Source: an uncultured Clostridia bacterium
GTDB lineage: Bacteria > Bacillota > Clostridia > Christensenellales > UBA1242
DNA length: 64,000 nucleotides
Assembly: GCA_944377145.1 (NCBI GenBank)
Contig: CALWEH010000012.1
Location: forward strand, 6,131 to 70,130
Reading direction: 5' to 3'
Part shown: positions 54,382 to 64,000 of the stretch, piece by piece
Layout of the letters: the number at the start of each line of letters is the position of its first letter
Numbering within the stretch: position 1 is the stretch's first letter
The notes under the pieces: model-generated
What the model was told of the DNA's origin: nothing
The model's database searches: none
The model's input: the letters and a program-made list of their open reading frames with translations, nothing else
Translations under genes and position numbers: made by a program

Positions 54382-55131
54382 ATGATTTTTATTTACATTC
54401 TTATAGGAATAGTGCAGGGAATAACTGAATTTTTACCTGTTTCTAGCAGTGGGCATATATTATTGTTAAGCGAAATTTTTAATATAAATTGTGATATTAT
54501 ATTTTTAAGTGTTGTTGCACATTTAGGAACTTTATTATCAGTTTTAATATGTATGAGGAAAAAGATTGTTGAATGTATAAAACACCCTTTTTGTTCTACT
54601 AATTTAAAATTATTATCCGCCACTCTTCCTAGTGTTATTATAGTGTTATTATTTAATAAACTTGTAGATAAACTATATTCAGTATATTTTTTGATAGCTG
54701 GATTTTTAATTACAGGAATAATTCTATTATTTGCGGATATGATAAAGCAAAAAAACGAACCACTTGGCTATAAACATTCAATTCTAATGGGCGTTATGCA
54801 AGGAATAGCAGTTTTGCCAGGAATTAGCAGATCAGGAAGTACAATGGCTGTGGGAATGATTGCAGGAGCAAACAAACAAGAAGTATGTGACTTCACATTT
54901 TTAATGAGTATTCCAATTATAATTGCCTCAGCAGTATTTGAAAGTTTTGAAATGTTTACAACAGGAGTTAACATTGAGATTGTTCCTTCAATTATTGTGT
55001 TTATAACATCTTTTATATTTGGTATACTGTCAATAAAATTAATGCTAAAAACATTGAAAAATAATAAGTTGTATTTATTTAGTTTGTATTTATTAATTAT
55101 TTCAATAATAACAATATTTATAGTAATATAA
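54382..55131 (+). CDS. uppP: Undecaprenyl-diphosphate phosphatase
   Basis: GIVQGITEFLPVSSSGHILL and PGISRSGSTM motifs, in an 8-TM-type membrane protein. Confidence 0.93.
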   Translation: MIFIYILIGIVQGITEFLPVSSSGHILLLSEIFNINCDIIFLSVVAHLGTLLSVLICMRKKIVECIKHPFCSTNLKLLSATLPSVIIVLLFNKLVDKLYSVYFLIAGFLITGIILLFADMIKQKNEPLGYKHSILMGVMQGIAVLPGISRSGSTMAVGMIAGANKQEVCDFTFLMSIPIIIASAVFESFEMFTTGVNIEIVPSIIVFITSFIFGILSIKLMLKTLKNNKLYLFSLYLLIISIITIFIVI

Positions 55132-55165
55132 CTTATATAAAATATTATTAATTTAACATATAAAT

Positions 55166-55194
55166 TTGACATATAATGTTTTTAATGTTAATAT
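55166..55194 (+). promoter_or_regulatory. Sigma-A promoter upstream of PHP-whiA-dnaE
   Basis: TTGACA (55166-55171), a 17-nt spacer, then TGtTAATAT (55186-55194). AGGAGGA SD precedes ATG 55212. Confidence 0.6.
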
Positions 55195-55211
55195 GTTATT
55201 AGGAGGAATTT

Positions 55212-55991
55212 ATGGCGTTATCAGGAGATTATCATACTCATACAGTATATAGCAGACATAATCATGGAAAAGGAACAATTGAAGAAAATGTTAAAGCTGC
55301 TGTAGATAAGGGATTAAGTCAAATAGCTATAACTGATCATGGTTTTAATCAAATAATATATGGAGTAAGAAGAATTAATATCCCTAAAGTTAAAGAAGAA
55401 ATTCAAAACGCTATAGAGCGTTATCCAATAGAGGTTTTATTAGGAGTGGAAGCTAATTTGATTTCTGCTAATGGAGATATAGATATTGTAGAAAGTGATT
55501 ATGAAAGTTTAGATATTCTATTGTGTGGATATCATAAATTGGTTAAAACTCCAACTAAAAGAGATGGTTTTTTTATATTTAAAAATATATTAAGTGGAAT
55601 TTTTCATATTACATCAAAGAGATTAAGAGAAAGAAATACAAATGCATATATCAATGCTATGAAAAAATATGATATAGATGTGATTACTCATCTTAACTAT
55701 GGTTGTAAAGTTGATGTGGCAAAAGTAGCAAAAGTAGCAAAGGAAACAAACACATATATTGAATTAAATGGAAAACGATTAGGTATGACAGATGAAGAAA
55801 TTCTTATTGCATATAAGGAAGGCGCAAAATTTATTATAAATAGTGATGCTCATGATCCAAAGCGTGTAGGAGATTGTCATAAAGGATTACAGGCAATTTT
55901 AAGATTAAGAATTCCAGAAAGTGCTGTAGTAAACTATAATAATGTTCCAACATTTAAAGCGGAAAAACGCAAAAATAAAGGTAAAAAATAA
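55212..55991 (+). CDS. PHP-domain phosphoesterase (histidinol-phosphatase family)
   Basis: GDYHTHTVYS...ITDHG N-terminal metal motif and a later SDAHDP motif. Confidence 0.75.
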   Translation: MALSGDYHTHTVYSRHNHGKGTIEENVKAAVDKGLSQIAITDHGFNQIIYGVRRINIPKVKEEIQNAIERYPIEVLLGVEANLISANGDIDIVESDYESLDILLCGYHKLVKTPTKRDGFFIFKNILSGIFHITSKRLRERNTNAYINAMKKYDIDVITHLNYGCKVDVAKVAKVAKETNTYIELNGKRLGMTDEEILIAYKEGAKFIINSDAHDPKRVGDCHKGLQAILRLRIPESAVVNYNNVPTFKAEKRKNKGKK

Positions 55992-56899
55992 TGCTAAAAA
56001 GTTTAGAACAAGATATTTTAAATAATATTTCTACAAATGCTTGCTGTTGTAATGCTTTTTTAAATGCAATAATTAGCATTACTAAAGAGCATATAGATGA
56101 AAATTGTTTAATTGTAAATTGTCCTTTATTTTTACAAGATAAATTTTGTTCAATGTTAAAACAAATTGCTCCAAATTTAACATTTACTCCTCACAATCAA
56201 GGCTTATTAATTCAAGGTAAAAGTTTGATTGAAATGTTAACAGATTTAGAAATTATAAATTTTAATAATGGAACAGTTGAATTAAATAATGATTATAGTG
56301 AAAATTTGTTAATAAATGAATGTTGTAAAATTAGTTATTTAAAGGGAGTTTTTTTGTGCGTAGGAAAACTTTATTATAATAATGATAGTTTGGCAAAATC
56401 TAATGGATACAATTTAGAATTGACTTTTAAAGATTATCAATTAGCTAATAATATATTAAAATTGATGAAAAGTTTAAATTTAAATTTAAAATTAACCAAA
56501 AGAGGACATAACATAGTGCTGTATTCAAAAGATAGTCAAATACTAGTAGAATTTTTAGTGAAGTTAGGTGCAGTTAATACTGCTTTTGAATTGCAAAATA
56601 ATTTGGTTATAAGAGAAATTCGAAATGATGCAAATAGAAAGGGAAATTGTTTTGATGCTAATTTAAATAAAACTATTAATGCAAGTGTTGAGCAAGTAAA
56701 GGCTATAGATTATATAATAAATAACTATGGTTTAGATTATTTAAATGATAGTTTAAGAGAAATTGCTTTATTAAGGTTAGCTAATCCAGAAAGCACTCTT
56801 AGTGAACTTCAAAAATTATATAGCACCAATATTACTCGTGCTGGAATAAAATATAAATTGGACAAGATATTAGCTATTTACAAACAGATTAAAAAGTAA
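55991..56899 (+). CDS. whiA: DNA-binding sporulation/cell-division regulator WhiA
   Basis: 302 aa with a degenerate LAGLIDADG-like core and a C-terminal HTH (STLSELQKLYSTNITRAGIKYKLDKI). Also has the IRNDANRKGNCFDANLNK motif typical of WhiA. Its ATG overlaps the PHP stop by 1 nt. Confidence 0.85.
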   Translation: MLKSLEQDILNNISTNACCCNAFLNAIISITKEHIDENCLIVNCPLFLQDKFCSMLKQIAPNLTFTPHNQGLLIQGKSLIEMLTDLEIINFNNGTVELNNDYSENLLINECCKISYLKGVFLCVGKLYYNNDSLAKSNGYNLELTFKDYQLANNILKLMKSLNLNLKLTKRGHNIVLYSKDSQILVEFLVKLGAVNTAFELQNNLVIREIRNDANRKGNCFDANLNKTINASVEQVKAIDYIINNYGLDYLNDSLREIALLRLANPESTLSELQKLYSTNITRAGIKYKLDKILAIYKQIKK

Positions 56900-56921
56900 T
56901 ATAATACATTTGGAGGAATAT

Positions 56922-59900
56922 ATGGGAAATTTTGTGCACTTGCATGTACATTCAGAATATAGTTTGCTAGATGGTGCTTGCAAAATAAGCGACTTAGTAA
57001 AAAAAGCTAAAGAAATGGGTATGCCTGCAGTGGCGGTTACTGATCATGGAAATATGTATGGAGCTTTAAAGTTGTTTGACGCTTGTAAAGCTGCTGGAAT
57101 AAAACCTATTTTTGGCTGTGAATTTTATGTGTGTGACGATTTAACAGTAAAACAGGGAAAAACAAAATTAAATCATTTAATTATATTAGTTAAAAATGAG
57201 CAAGGATATAAAAATATTTGTAAATTAAATAGTATTGCTTTTCGAGATGGTTTTTATTATAAACCAAGAATTGATTTAAAAACTTTAGAGCAATATCATG
57301 AAGGTTTAATATGTTTAAGCGCTTGTATTGCAGGAGATATACCTCAAGCTATTTTACATGATGACTTTGAAGAAGCTGAAAGGCTTGTTGTTTGGTTTAA
57401 AAAAGTGTTTGGAGATGATTTTTACATTGAGCTCCAAAATCATGGTTTGGCAGAACAGTTGATAGTAAATCCATATTTGAAAGAGTATGCTAAGAAATAT
57501 AATATTAAAACAGTAGTTACCAACGATGCTCATTATTTAAATCGTGAAGATGCGGAAATTCAAGATGTATTAATGTGTGTGCAAATGCAAAAAACTTTAG
57601 ATGACCCTAATAGAATGAAATTTGAAAATGATGAATTTTATTTTAAATCATACGAAGAACTTGCTGAAAGATTTCCAGATGATTTAGACGCTCTTGAAAA
57701 CACTTTAGAAGTAGCAGAAAAATGTAATTATAGTTTTACTTATGGGCATTATTTATTTCCAAAATATATACCTGAAGATGGTTCAACTCCTAAAGAATAT
57801 TTATTAAAAATTGTAAATAAAGGTATAATAAAAAAATTTGGAGCACACACTCCTGAAATTGATAAAAGAATTGCAACAGAACTTGAAGTAATTGAACGTC
57901 AAGGGTTTATAGAATATTTTTTAATTGTGTGGGACTATATAAATGCGGCTAGAGAGATGGGGATATCTGTAGGGCCAGGAAGAGGAAGTGGTGCAGGAAG
58001 TTTAATAGCTTATACTATGGGCATTACAAATATTGATCCGCTTAGATATGATTTGATCTTTGAGCGTTTTTTGCATAGTGAAAGAGTAACTGCGCCAGAT
58101 TTTGATATAGATTTTGAAGATGTTAGAAGAGAAGAAGTTATTGATTATGTTAAAAGAAAATATGGAGAAGATAGAATTGCAAGAATTATAACTTTTGGCA
58201 CAATGGCAGCAAAAAATGCTATTAAAGATGTGGCAAGAGTTATGCGTGTGCCACTATCTAAGGCTGATAAAATTACAAAATTAATTCCTAAATTAAAACT
58301 TCCTATTTTGCCAAAATGTTTTGGATTTGACCCTAATGCCAAAGCAGATCAGGTGGTTCAAGAATTAGTAGATTTATATAATGAAGACGAAGAAATAAAA
58401 AAAGTTGTTGACATTGCTGTTAAACTTGAAAATTTCCCTCGTCAGTGTTCTACACATGCGTGTGGAGTGATTATTGGTGCAGATGTTTTAGACAAACATG
58501 TTCCTCTAGGAAGAAATGGTGATGATATAACTACCCAATATGAAGGGGTTGAGATGGAGCATTTAGGTCATTTAAAAATGGACTTTCTTGGACTTAGAAA
58601 CTTAAATGATATTAAATCTTGCTTGGCTTATGTTAAGAAAAATCATGGAGTTGAAATAGATTTTGATAAAAGCAGTTATGATGATCCTAATGTATATAAA
58701 TTGATTTCAACAGGAGATACAGAGGGTATTTTCCAAATAGAAAGTAAAGGTTTTCAAAGCTTCATGAAGGAATTGCAACCAACATGCCTAGAAGACATTA
58801 TTGCCGCAGTGTCTCTTTATCGTCCAGGACCAATGGATAGTATTCCTAAATATGTGCATAATAAGCATAATCCTCAAGAAACTAAATACGACCATCCTAT
58901 TTTGGAGCCTATATTAAAAGTTACCTATGGCTGTATAGTATACCAAGAGCAAGTTATGAAAATTTGTCAGGAGATGGGAGGCTTTACTTTAGGTCAAGCA
59001 GATATGATTAGGCGTGCGATGGGTAAGAAAAAACTTGAAGAAATGCAGAAAATGAAAGGCAAATTTATATATGGTGAACCAGCTCATGAAGAAAATGGTA
59101 AGCAAGTTGCTGAAATTGACGGAGCTTTAAAAAGAGGAGTGCCTTTAGATGTCGCTGAAAAAATTTGGCATGAAATGGAAGGTTTTGCTTCTTATGCCTT
59201 TAATAAATCTCATGCTGCAGCTTATTCAATGATAACTTATCAAACAGCTTATTTAAAAACATATTATTTACCAGAATTTATAACTTCAATTTTGAACAAT
59301 AGAATTACAAATATTGATAAAATAAAATTTTATGTAGCTTATGCAAAAGAAAAGAAAATCGAAATTTTGCCTCCAGATATTAATGAAAGTGAAACATATT
59401 TTTCGTGTGACGGAAAAAGAATTAGATTTGGAATTGCAGCATTAAAAAACGTTGGAGTAAATGTTGTAGAAGAAATTATTGCAGAACGCAATAGAGGTGG
59501 AAAATATAAAGATTTGATGGACTTTGTAAATCGTGTAGATGGACAGGCTTTAAATAAAAGATGTATTGAAAGTTTAATTTTAGCAGGAGCTTTTGACTGT
59601 TTTAATAAAACTAGAAGTCAACTAATGAGTGTTTATACTACAGCAATTAATAGAGCTTTAGATGCAAAAAAACGAGCTATGAGCGGGCAGATAGATATGT
59701 TTGGAAGTTTGTTAGGTGAAAACGATGGAGTTGATGAACTAGAATATCCAAATATAGCTGAATATGCTCAAAAGCAAAAACTACAATTAGAAAAGTCTAT
59801 TGCAGGAGTGTATTTATCTGGACACCCTCTTAATGATTATGTAGATAAGATTAAACAATTCACTTTAAATAGCTCAATGATTTCAAATGTTTCAGATGAC

Positions 59901-60494
59901 GAAGATATGTTAAATGAACAGAATGAATTTGATGATAACAAAGTTCAAGAAGTTGGAGGATTTAAAGATGGAGATGCTGTTAGTTGTGGTGGAGTGTTAA
60001 CTGAAATATCCTTAAAAATGACTAAAACAGGTCAAAGAATGGCAATTCTTACTTTGGAAGATATGTTGGGAAGTATTAATGTTGTTGTTTTCCCTAAAAA
60101 CTATGAAAAATTTAAAGATTTATTAATGGAAGAGAATGTTGTAGCTATTAAAGGTAAAATGTCTTTAAAAGATGGAATGTTGCCTAGTGTAAATGCTGAA
60201 AACATTGAGCTTCTTAGTGAAGATAAGCAAAGTGAAATTTTAAATGATCATATAGAGAATGTTGAGATTCCTCAAAAAGTTTTAAGGTTATGTTTAATTT
60301 ATGATGTGTCAAATAAAGCTTTGCATAATGAAGTTTGTCAATTAGTAAATCAGTATATTGGTAACAGTGAAATATATGTTAAAGATTTATCTACAGGAAA
60401 TAAATATAAGTTACCACATAAAGTGGAAATACGACAATCATTGCAATATGAATTAGAAAGTTTGATAGGAAAAGATAATGTAATTATTGCATAA
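56922..60494 (+). CDS. dnaE: DNA polymerase III alpha subunit (DnaE type)
   Basis: GGAGG precedes ATG 56922 (the track TTG at 56910 includes the SD). N-terminal PHP (FVHLHVHSEYSLLDGA), palm/fingers region (FDIDFE, GLLKMDFLGLRNL-like HLKMDFLGLRNL) and a C-terminal OB fold. Confidence 0.95.
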   Translation: MGNFVHLHVHSEYSLLDGACKISDLVKKAKEMGMPAVAVTDHGNMYGALKLFDACKAAGIKPIFGCEFYVCDDLTVKQGKTKLNHLIILVKNEQGYKNICKLNSIAFRDGFYYKPRIDLKTLEQYHEGLICLSACIAGDIPQAILHDDFEEAERLVVWFKKVFGDDFYIELQNHGLAEQLIVNPYLKEYAKKYNIKTVVTNDAHYLNREDAEIQDVLMCVQMQKTLDDPNRMKFENDEFYFKSYEELAERFPDDLDALENTLEVAEKCNYSFTYGHYLFPKYIPEDGSTPKEYLLKIVNKGIIKKFGAHTPEIDKRIATELEVIERQGFIEYFLIVWDYINAAREMGISVGPGRGSGAGSLIAYTMGITNIDPLRYDLIFERFLHSERVTAPDFDIDFEDVRREEVIDYVKRKYGEDRIARIITFGTMAAKNAIKDVARVMRVPLSKADKITKLIPKLKLPILPKCFGFDPNAKADQVVQELVDLYNEDEEIKKVVDIAVKLENFPRQCSTHACGVIIGADVLDKHVPLGRNGDDITTQYEGVEMEHLGHLKMDFLGLRNLNDIKSCLAYVKKNHGVEIDFDKSSYDDPNVYKLISTGDTEGIFQIESKGFQSFMKELQPTCLEDIIAAVSLYRPGPMDSIPKYVHNKHNPQETKYDHPILEPILKVTYGCIVYQEQVMKICQEMGGFTLGQADMIRRAMGKKKLEEMQKMKGKFIYGEPAHEENGKQVAEIDGALKRGVPLDVAEKIWHEMEGFASYAFNKSHAAAYSMITYQTAYLKTYYLPEFITSILNNRITNIDKIKFYVAYAKEKKIEILPPDINESETYFSCDGKRIRFGIAALKNVGVNVVEEIIAERNRGGKYKDLMDFVNRVDGQALNKRCIESLILAGAFDCFNKTRSQLMSVYTTAINRALDAKKRAMSGQIDMFGSLLGENDGVDELEYPNIAEYAQKQKLQLEKSIAGVYLSGHPLNDYVDKIKQFTLNSSMISNVSDDEDMLNEQNEFDDNKVQEVGGFKDGDAVSCGGVLTEISLKMTKTGQRMAILTLEDMLGSINVVVFPKNYEKFKDLLMEENVVAIKGKMSLKDGMLPSVNAENIELLSEDKQSEILNDHIENVEIPQKVLRLCLIYDVSNKALHNEVCQLVNQYIGNSEIYVKDLSTGNKYKLPHKVEIRQSLQYELESLIGKDNVIIA

Positions 60495-60635
60495 ATTAAT
60501 TATTTTACATTTAATCAAATACTAAAAATTTAATATTGTATAAAATGAAAAATTACAAATATTTAATTTTATTTATAAATATTTTAATTAAATTTTAAAT
60601 AATATAAAAATTAATAAATATATTTAAATAAAATA

Positions 60636-60666
60636 TAAAAATGAGGAAAATTCTTCCTCATTTTTA
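60636..60666. terminator. Bidirectional rho-independent terminator
   Basis: AAAAATGAGGAA, 5-nt loop, TTCCTCATTTTT. Lies between convergent dnaE and the aldehyde dehydrogenase gene. Confidence 0.75.
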
Positions 60667-60750
60667 TTTAAAATAATATTTTTTAATATTTTATTAAATT
60701 TAAAAATTTAATTTTCATAATTAATTTAATATTTTTTATTTAATTTTATT

Positions 60751-62187
60751 TTAATTTAAAATATTTTTTAAGGTTACAGTTTTAATTTTTGTTACTTCAT
60801 TAAATGTGCTTAATACACCCTCAGTTCCAATACCGCTAAACTTATATCCTCCAAATGGCATCTCAAAACTTCTAAAGAAGCTTGAGCCATTAATAACAGT
60901 TCCGCCACATTCTAATTGTTTTACAACATTGAAAGCTGTTTTTATATTATTTGTAAATACACAACCACATAATCCATAATTAGAAGAGTTTGCAATATTT
61001 ATAGCTTCTTTTACAGTGCTAAAAGGAATGATTGATACAACAGGTCCAAAAATCTCTTCATCTGTTGCCACATCAGCATCTTTTGGAATGTTTGTTATAA
61101 TAGTTGGCTCAATAAAGGCTTTTTTACGTTTTCCTCCATATACAATTTTTCCTCCTTGTTGGACAGCTCTTTTTATTTGCTCTTCAACAACTTTTGCTGC
61201 AACTTCAGTAACTAAACAGCTGATTTCTGTAGTTTTTTTAGTAGGGTCTCCAACAACAAGTTTATTTAGTCTAGCTTTTGCTTTAGATATAAATTTGTCT
61301 ACCACATCTTTTTGTATTAAAAAGCGTTTTGAAGCACAACAAACTTGACCATTATTATACATTCTTCCCCAAATCATTTCTTCAACAGCCAAGTCTAGAT
61401 CTGCATCATTTAATACAATAAAAGCATCATTTCCACCAAGTTCTAATGATATATGAGCAAGGTGAGATGCTGCATTCATATATGTTTTAACTCCCACAGC
61501 AGTACTTCCTGTAAAAGTGATTTTATGTACAAGAGGGTGTGAAGCAAGAGCATTACCAGCTTTTGCGCCTTCTCCAGTTACAATATGAATAACATTTTTT
61601 GGTATTCCGGCAAGATGTAATAAAGATACTAATTTTATTAAAGTTAAAGGATTTTGATGAGGTGGTTTTACTACAACAGTATTTCCTGCAAGTAAGCTAG
61701 GAGCAATTTTTTGATCAAACAAATCACAAGGGAAATTAAAAGGGATAATTGCACCCACAACACCAACAGGCTCTCTAAGAGTGAATTGCAATGTTTTATC
61801 ATTTCCAGATTCTTGTCCAAATGGAATAACCTCTCCATATAAATGTTTAGCTCTTTCCATAAAGCCTTCAAATCCTATTCTAATATTACCTATTTCTGCA
61901 ATAGCTTGAGTAATAGGTTTGCCTGTTTCAGTACATAAAGTCATTGCAAGGTCTTGTTTGTTTTCATCTACTAAATCCAAAAACTTTTTTAATATTTCAA
62001 CTTTTTTTACAACTGAAACTTCTGCCCATGAAGGAAGAGCTTTGTTTGCCGCTTTAACAGCGGTGTCCACATCTTTTTCAGTAGCGTTTGGAACAGTATC
62101 TATTACTTTTCCTGTATAAGGATTTATTATTTCCATGGTTGACTTGTCTGATGCGTCAACTTCTTTTCCATTAATTATCATTTTCAT
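60751..62187 (-). CDS. NAD(P)+-dependent aldehyde dehydrogenase family protein
   Basis: 478 aa with catalytic Glu (SLELGGNDA), catalytic Cys (NNGQVCCASKR), the FTGST cofactor motif and EEIFGPV. AGGAG SD lies in the 12-nt gap after the upstream FIST gene. Confidence 0.9.
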   Translation of the reverse strand: MKMIINGKEVDASDKSTMEIINPYTGKVIDTVPNATEKDVDTAVKAANKALPSWAEVSVVKKVEILKKFLDLVDENKQDLAMTLCTETGKPITQAIAEIGNIRIGFEGFMERAKHLYGEVIPFGQESGNDKTLQFTLREPVGVVGAIIPFNFPCDLFDQKIAPSLLAGNTVVVKPPHQNPLTLIKLVSLLHLAGIPKNVIHIVTGEGAKAGNALASHPLVHKITFTGSTAVGVKTYMNAASHLAHISLELGGNDAFIVLNDADLDLAVEEMIWGRMYNNGQVCCASKRFLIQKDVVDKFISKAKARLNKLVVGDPTKKTTEISCLVTEVAAKVVEEQIKRAVQQGGKIVYGGKRKKAFIEPTIITNIPKDADVATDEEIFGPVVSIIPFSTVKEAINIANSSNYGLCGCVFTNNIKTAFNVVKQLECGGTVINGSSFFRSFEMPFGGYKFSGIGTEGVLSTFNEVTKIKTVTLKNILN

Positions 62188-62199
62188 AATCTTTTCTCC

Positions 62200-63363
62200 T
62201 TACTTTGAAAATGCTGTGAAAGACAACATTAATCCACCACAGGTATTTCTACCATCTTGTTCATACCCATATTCTCCAAAAGTAAATTCCATAATAAATG
62301 GGGTGTCTCCAACAGCATTTTTAATTGCTTCATAAACTTCATTTATTCTAGAGTCAATTCCAGCACGGCGTCCACCACAGTGAACTAAATGATAAAATGC
62401 AGGTTGTTTGTCTAGTTTTTTATTTAATATTTTTAAAGTTTCTTCCACACTTGAAATAAGTTCATCTACACTTGCTTCCATTCTAATTATGCAAGTTCCA
62501 ACAGCTAACTTATTTCCAATATTCATGCTATAGTCTTTATTTCCATTCATAGGGTGACGAATTGCAACAAGATCTCCAAGACGATCCTTAACTCCTAAAG
62601 GACTAGTAATTGTTGCAGAAAGTAAATCTCCTCCCATTAACTTTTTAGGATTTAATCCACGCCATTTAGCATATACTTTAAGTGCTGGTTTATGATCTAT
62701 TTCCACTAAGGTTCTATTATTATCAACTTTAGTAATAATTCCCATGTCATTAGTTTCTTTATATGCTCCTGTAAATACATTTGCAAATTTTGCATCTGTA
62801 TATATAAATGCAACAGCAGCTCCTTCTGTAACAATTGTATTATTCGCATACAAGCACCAATTTCCAGATATAGTATTGTCAGCGCAAGAACCTCCAAACA
62901 AAGGAATTCTGCCCACAACATTTGTAATTCCTTTTAAATAATATTCTTCTTCTGTAGGGCTTCCAACCATATACATAATTTGAGGAAGACCTTCACAGCC
63001 AGAATCTTTTAAAGCCTTTTTAGCTAATTGTTCACCAAGAGCAATAGCATCTTCTTCTGGGCTTGATTTTTTCACACAAGCTACGCCAGCTTGAATGTTT
63101 CCTGTAATTGTCATAATTGCAACAAAGCCTTTGTCTCCAGAAATAAATCCATCAGGAATCATTACACCTGTAAAACTTGTGTTTCCTATAATAGGGCAAT
63201 CATAATATTTGCTAATACCAGCTATTACTTTTTTCACATCATAATCACAGCTTGTATAAGCAAATACTAATTTTGCAGTTTTGGCATTACCTGCCATCTC
63301 GGCTGCTTCCAATCCAGCAAGAGTGGGATTTGGATTAGTACTATAGCCATTAAATGCTTTCAT
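62200..63363 (-). CDS. Stand-alone FIST (FIST_N + FIST_C) domain protein
   Basis: 387 aa with no TM helix and no output domain. The layout and C-terminal FTFGEYG...GGLMLSFTAF resemble FIST_C endings. GGAGG SD lies upstream. Confidence 0.6.
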   Translation of the reverse strand: MKAFNGYSTNPNPTLAGLEAAEMAGNAKTAKLVFAYTSCDYDVKKVIAGISKYYDCPIIGNTSFTGVMIPDGFISGDKGFVAIMTITGNIQAGVACVKKSSPEEDAIALGEQLAKKALKDSGCEGLPQIMYMVGSPTEEEYYLKGITNVVGRIPLFGGSCADNTISGNWCLYANNTIVTEGAAVAFIYTDAKFANVFTGAYKETNDMGIITKVDNNRTLVEIDHKPALKVYAKWRGLNPKKLMGGDLLSATITSPLGVKDRLGDLVAIRHPMNGNKDYSMNIGNKLAVGTCIIRMEASVDELISSVEETLKILNKKLDKQPAFYHLVHCGGRRAGIDSRINEVYEAIKNAVGDTPFIMEFTFGEYGYEQDGRNTCGGLMLSFTAFSK

Positions 63364-63565
63364 ATATTATACCTCCATTGATTATATGATAATATAATTT
63401 TATCATATTAAATAGGAATGTCAAAAAGATTTTTACAAATTTTTACAAACTTTTATAAAAAAGAAATTAATCTCTTATTTGTAAATACAATGTTATTTAA
63501 TTTGACAAATTATATAATAACTGATATTCTTTTAAATAAAATAAAAACAAAAGAGAGTAAATCTT

Positions 63566-64000
63566 ATGATAAGAGTGTTGCATTTATTGCCAGGTATAAC
63601 TAGTATATTTGGAGATTTTAATGTGGTTATGAATTATTATTCTCATATAGATAGAAATGAGATTCAATTTGATTTTGGTTATATAAAAGATACAGAACCA
63701 AATAATAAAAAAGAGATTGAATCTTTAGGTGGAGAATTTTTCAAACTAACAAAACCCTCAATATTAAAGGGAGAGGGGCAGTTTGTATTAGAATTGAAAA
63801 ACATTTTAAAATCTAAAAAATATGATATTGTCCACTTACACATGCCTATTTTTCATAGATTTGTAAAAAAAGCTATTAAAGATTTTAATGTGAAGCTAAT
63901 TGTACATTCTCATAATATAAGACTTTCAAATACAGCGTTAAAACGTTTGCGTAATAGAATTTTAACTATTGGATTAAATAAAAATCTAGATTACAGATTT
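63566..64000 (+). CDS. Glycosyltransferase (GT4/GT1-like N-terminal domain), partial, runs off the right edge
   Basis: My translation is MIRVLHLLPGITSIFGDFNVVMNYYSHIDRNEIQFDF...YDIVHLHMPIFHRFVKKAIKDFNVKLIVHSHN, a typical GT-B N-domain start. AAGAGAG lies upstream. It is absent from the track because no stop lies in the window. Confidence 0.5.
   Translation, partial: MIRVLHLLPGITSIFGDFNVVMNYYSHIDRNEIQFDFGYIKDTEPNNKKEIESLGGEFFKLTKPSILKGEGQFVLELKNILKSKKYDIVHLHMPIFHRFVKKAIKDFNVKLIVHSHNIRLSNTALKRLRNRILTIGLNKNLDYRF

Noticed and set aside
63418-63603. 61-aa plus-strand ORF upstream of the glycosyltransferase
   Set aside because: It is low-complexity and has no SD. It overlaps the better-supported start (ATG 63566 with AAGAGAG) of the GT-like ORF in another frame.
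1-64000. Search for rRNA, tRNA, transposases, integrases, prophage, toxin-antitoxin or known defence modules
   Set aside because: I recognised no diagnostic motifs for any of them: no tRNA T-loop/acceptor patterns, no DDE/serine/tyrosine recombinase motifs, no Cas, restriction-modification or Abi signatures. The window appears to be core chromosome plus one giant surface-protein locus.

Overview
Visibly AT-rich (about 70% A+T by eye, not computed) chromosomal segment from a low-GC, endospore-forming Firmicute. The spore-former call rests on spoIIE, a gerA-type operon, whiA, and CotJC-like and YlmC-like genes. No finer taxonomic claim is possible from the sequence alone.

(1) 1-11.8 kb is the replication-origin neighbourhood, in a non-canonical order. 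On the minus strand recF -> dnaA -> DnaA-box cluster -> dnaN -> rpmH -> rnpA -> yidD -> yidC are co-linear. mnmE-mnmG-rsmG-soj-spo0J diverge on the plus strand.

(2) 12-15 kb holds a membrane-anchored beta-helix-repeat protein, apparently on a leaderless mRNA, and gpsA.

(3) 14.9-29.3 kb is the most unusual part. A 778-bp repeat-laden upstream region and a near-consensus promoter precede one uninterrupted 13,380-nt ORF (4459 aa). The product is N-terminally anchored and built from Listeria-Bacteroides repeats, MBG-like and Ig-like 88-aa modules, jelly-roll/CBM-like inserts and a recurrent ~190-aa module I cannot assign to a family. The gene contains extensive near-identical DNA repeats.

(4) 29.7-42.6 kb holds an orphan gene, a P-type ATPase, a ferritin-like protein, a PRC-barrel protein, and a 1363-aa lipoprotein (FN3-like repeats plus a transglutaminase-like Cys-His-Asp core) placed directly upstream of a gerA-type operon.

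(5) 42.6-64 kb is housekeeping: Phe T-box with pheST, spoIIE, murB, uvrC (second leaderless candidate), ychF, uppP, PHP-whiA-dnaE, a FIST-aldehyde dehydrogenase pair and a partial glycosyltransferase.

I saw no rRNA, tRNA, CRISPR array, transposase/integrase or recognisable defence system. All family assignments are from motif recognition by eye, not from HMM or BLAST searches.
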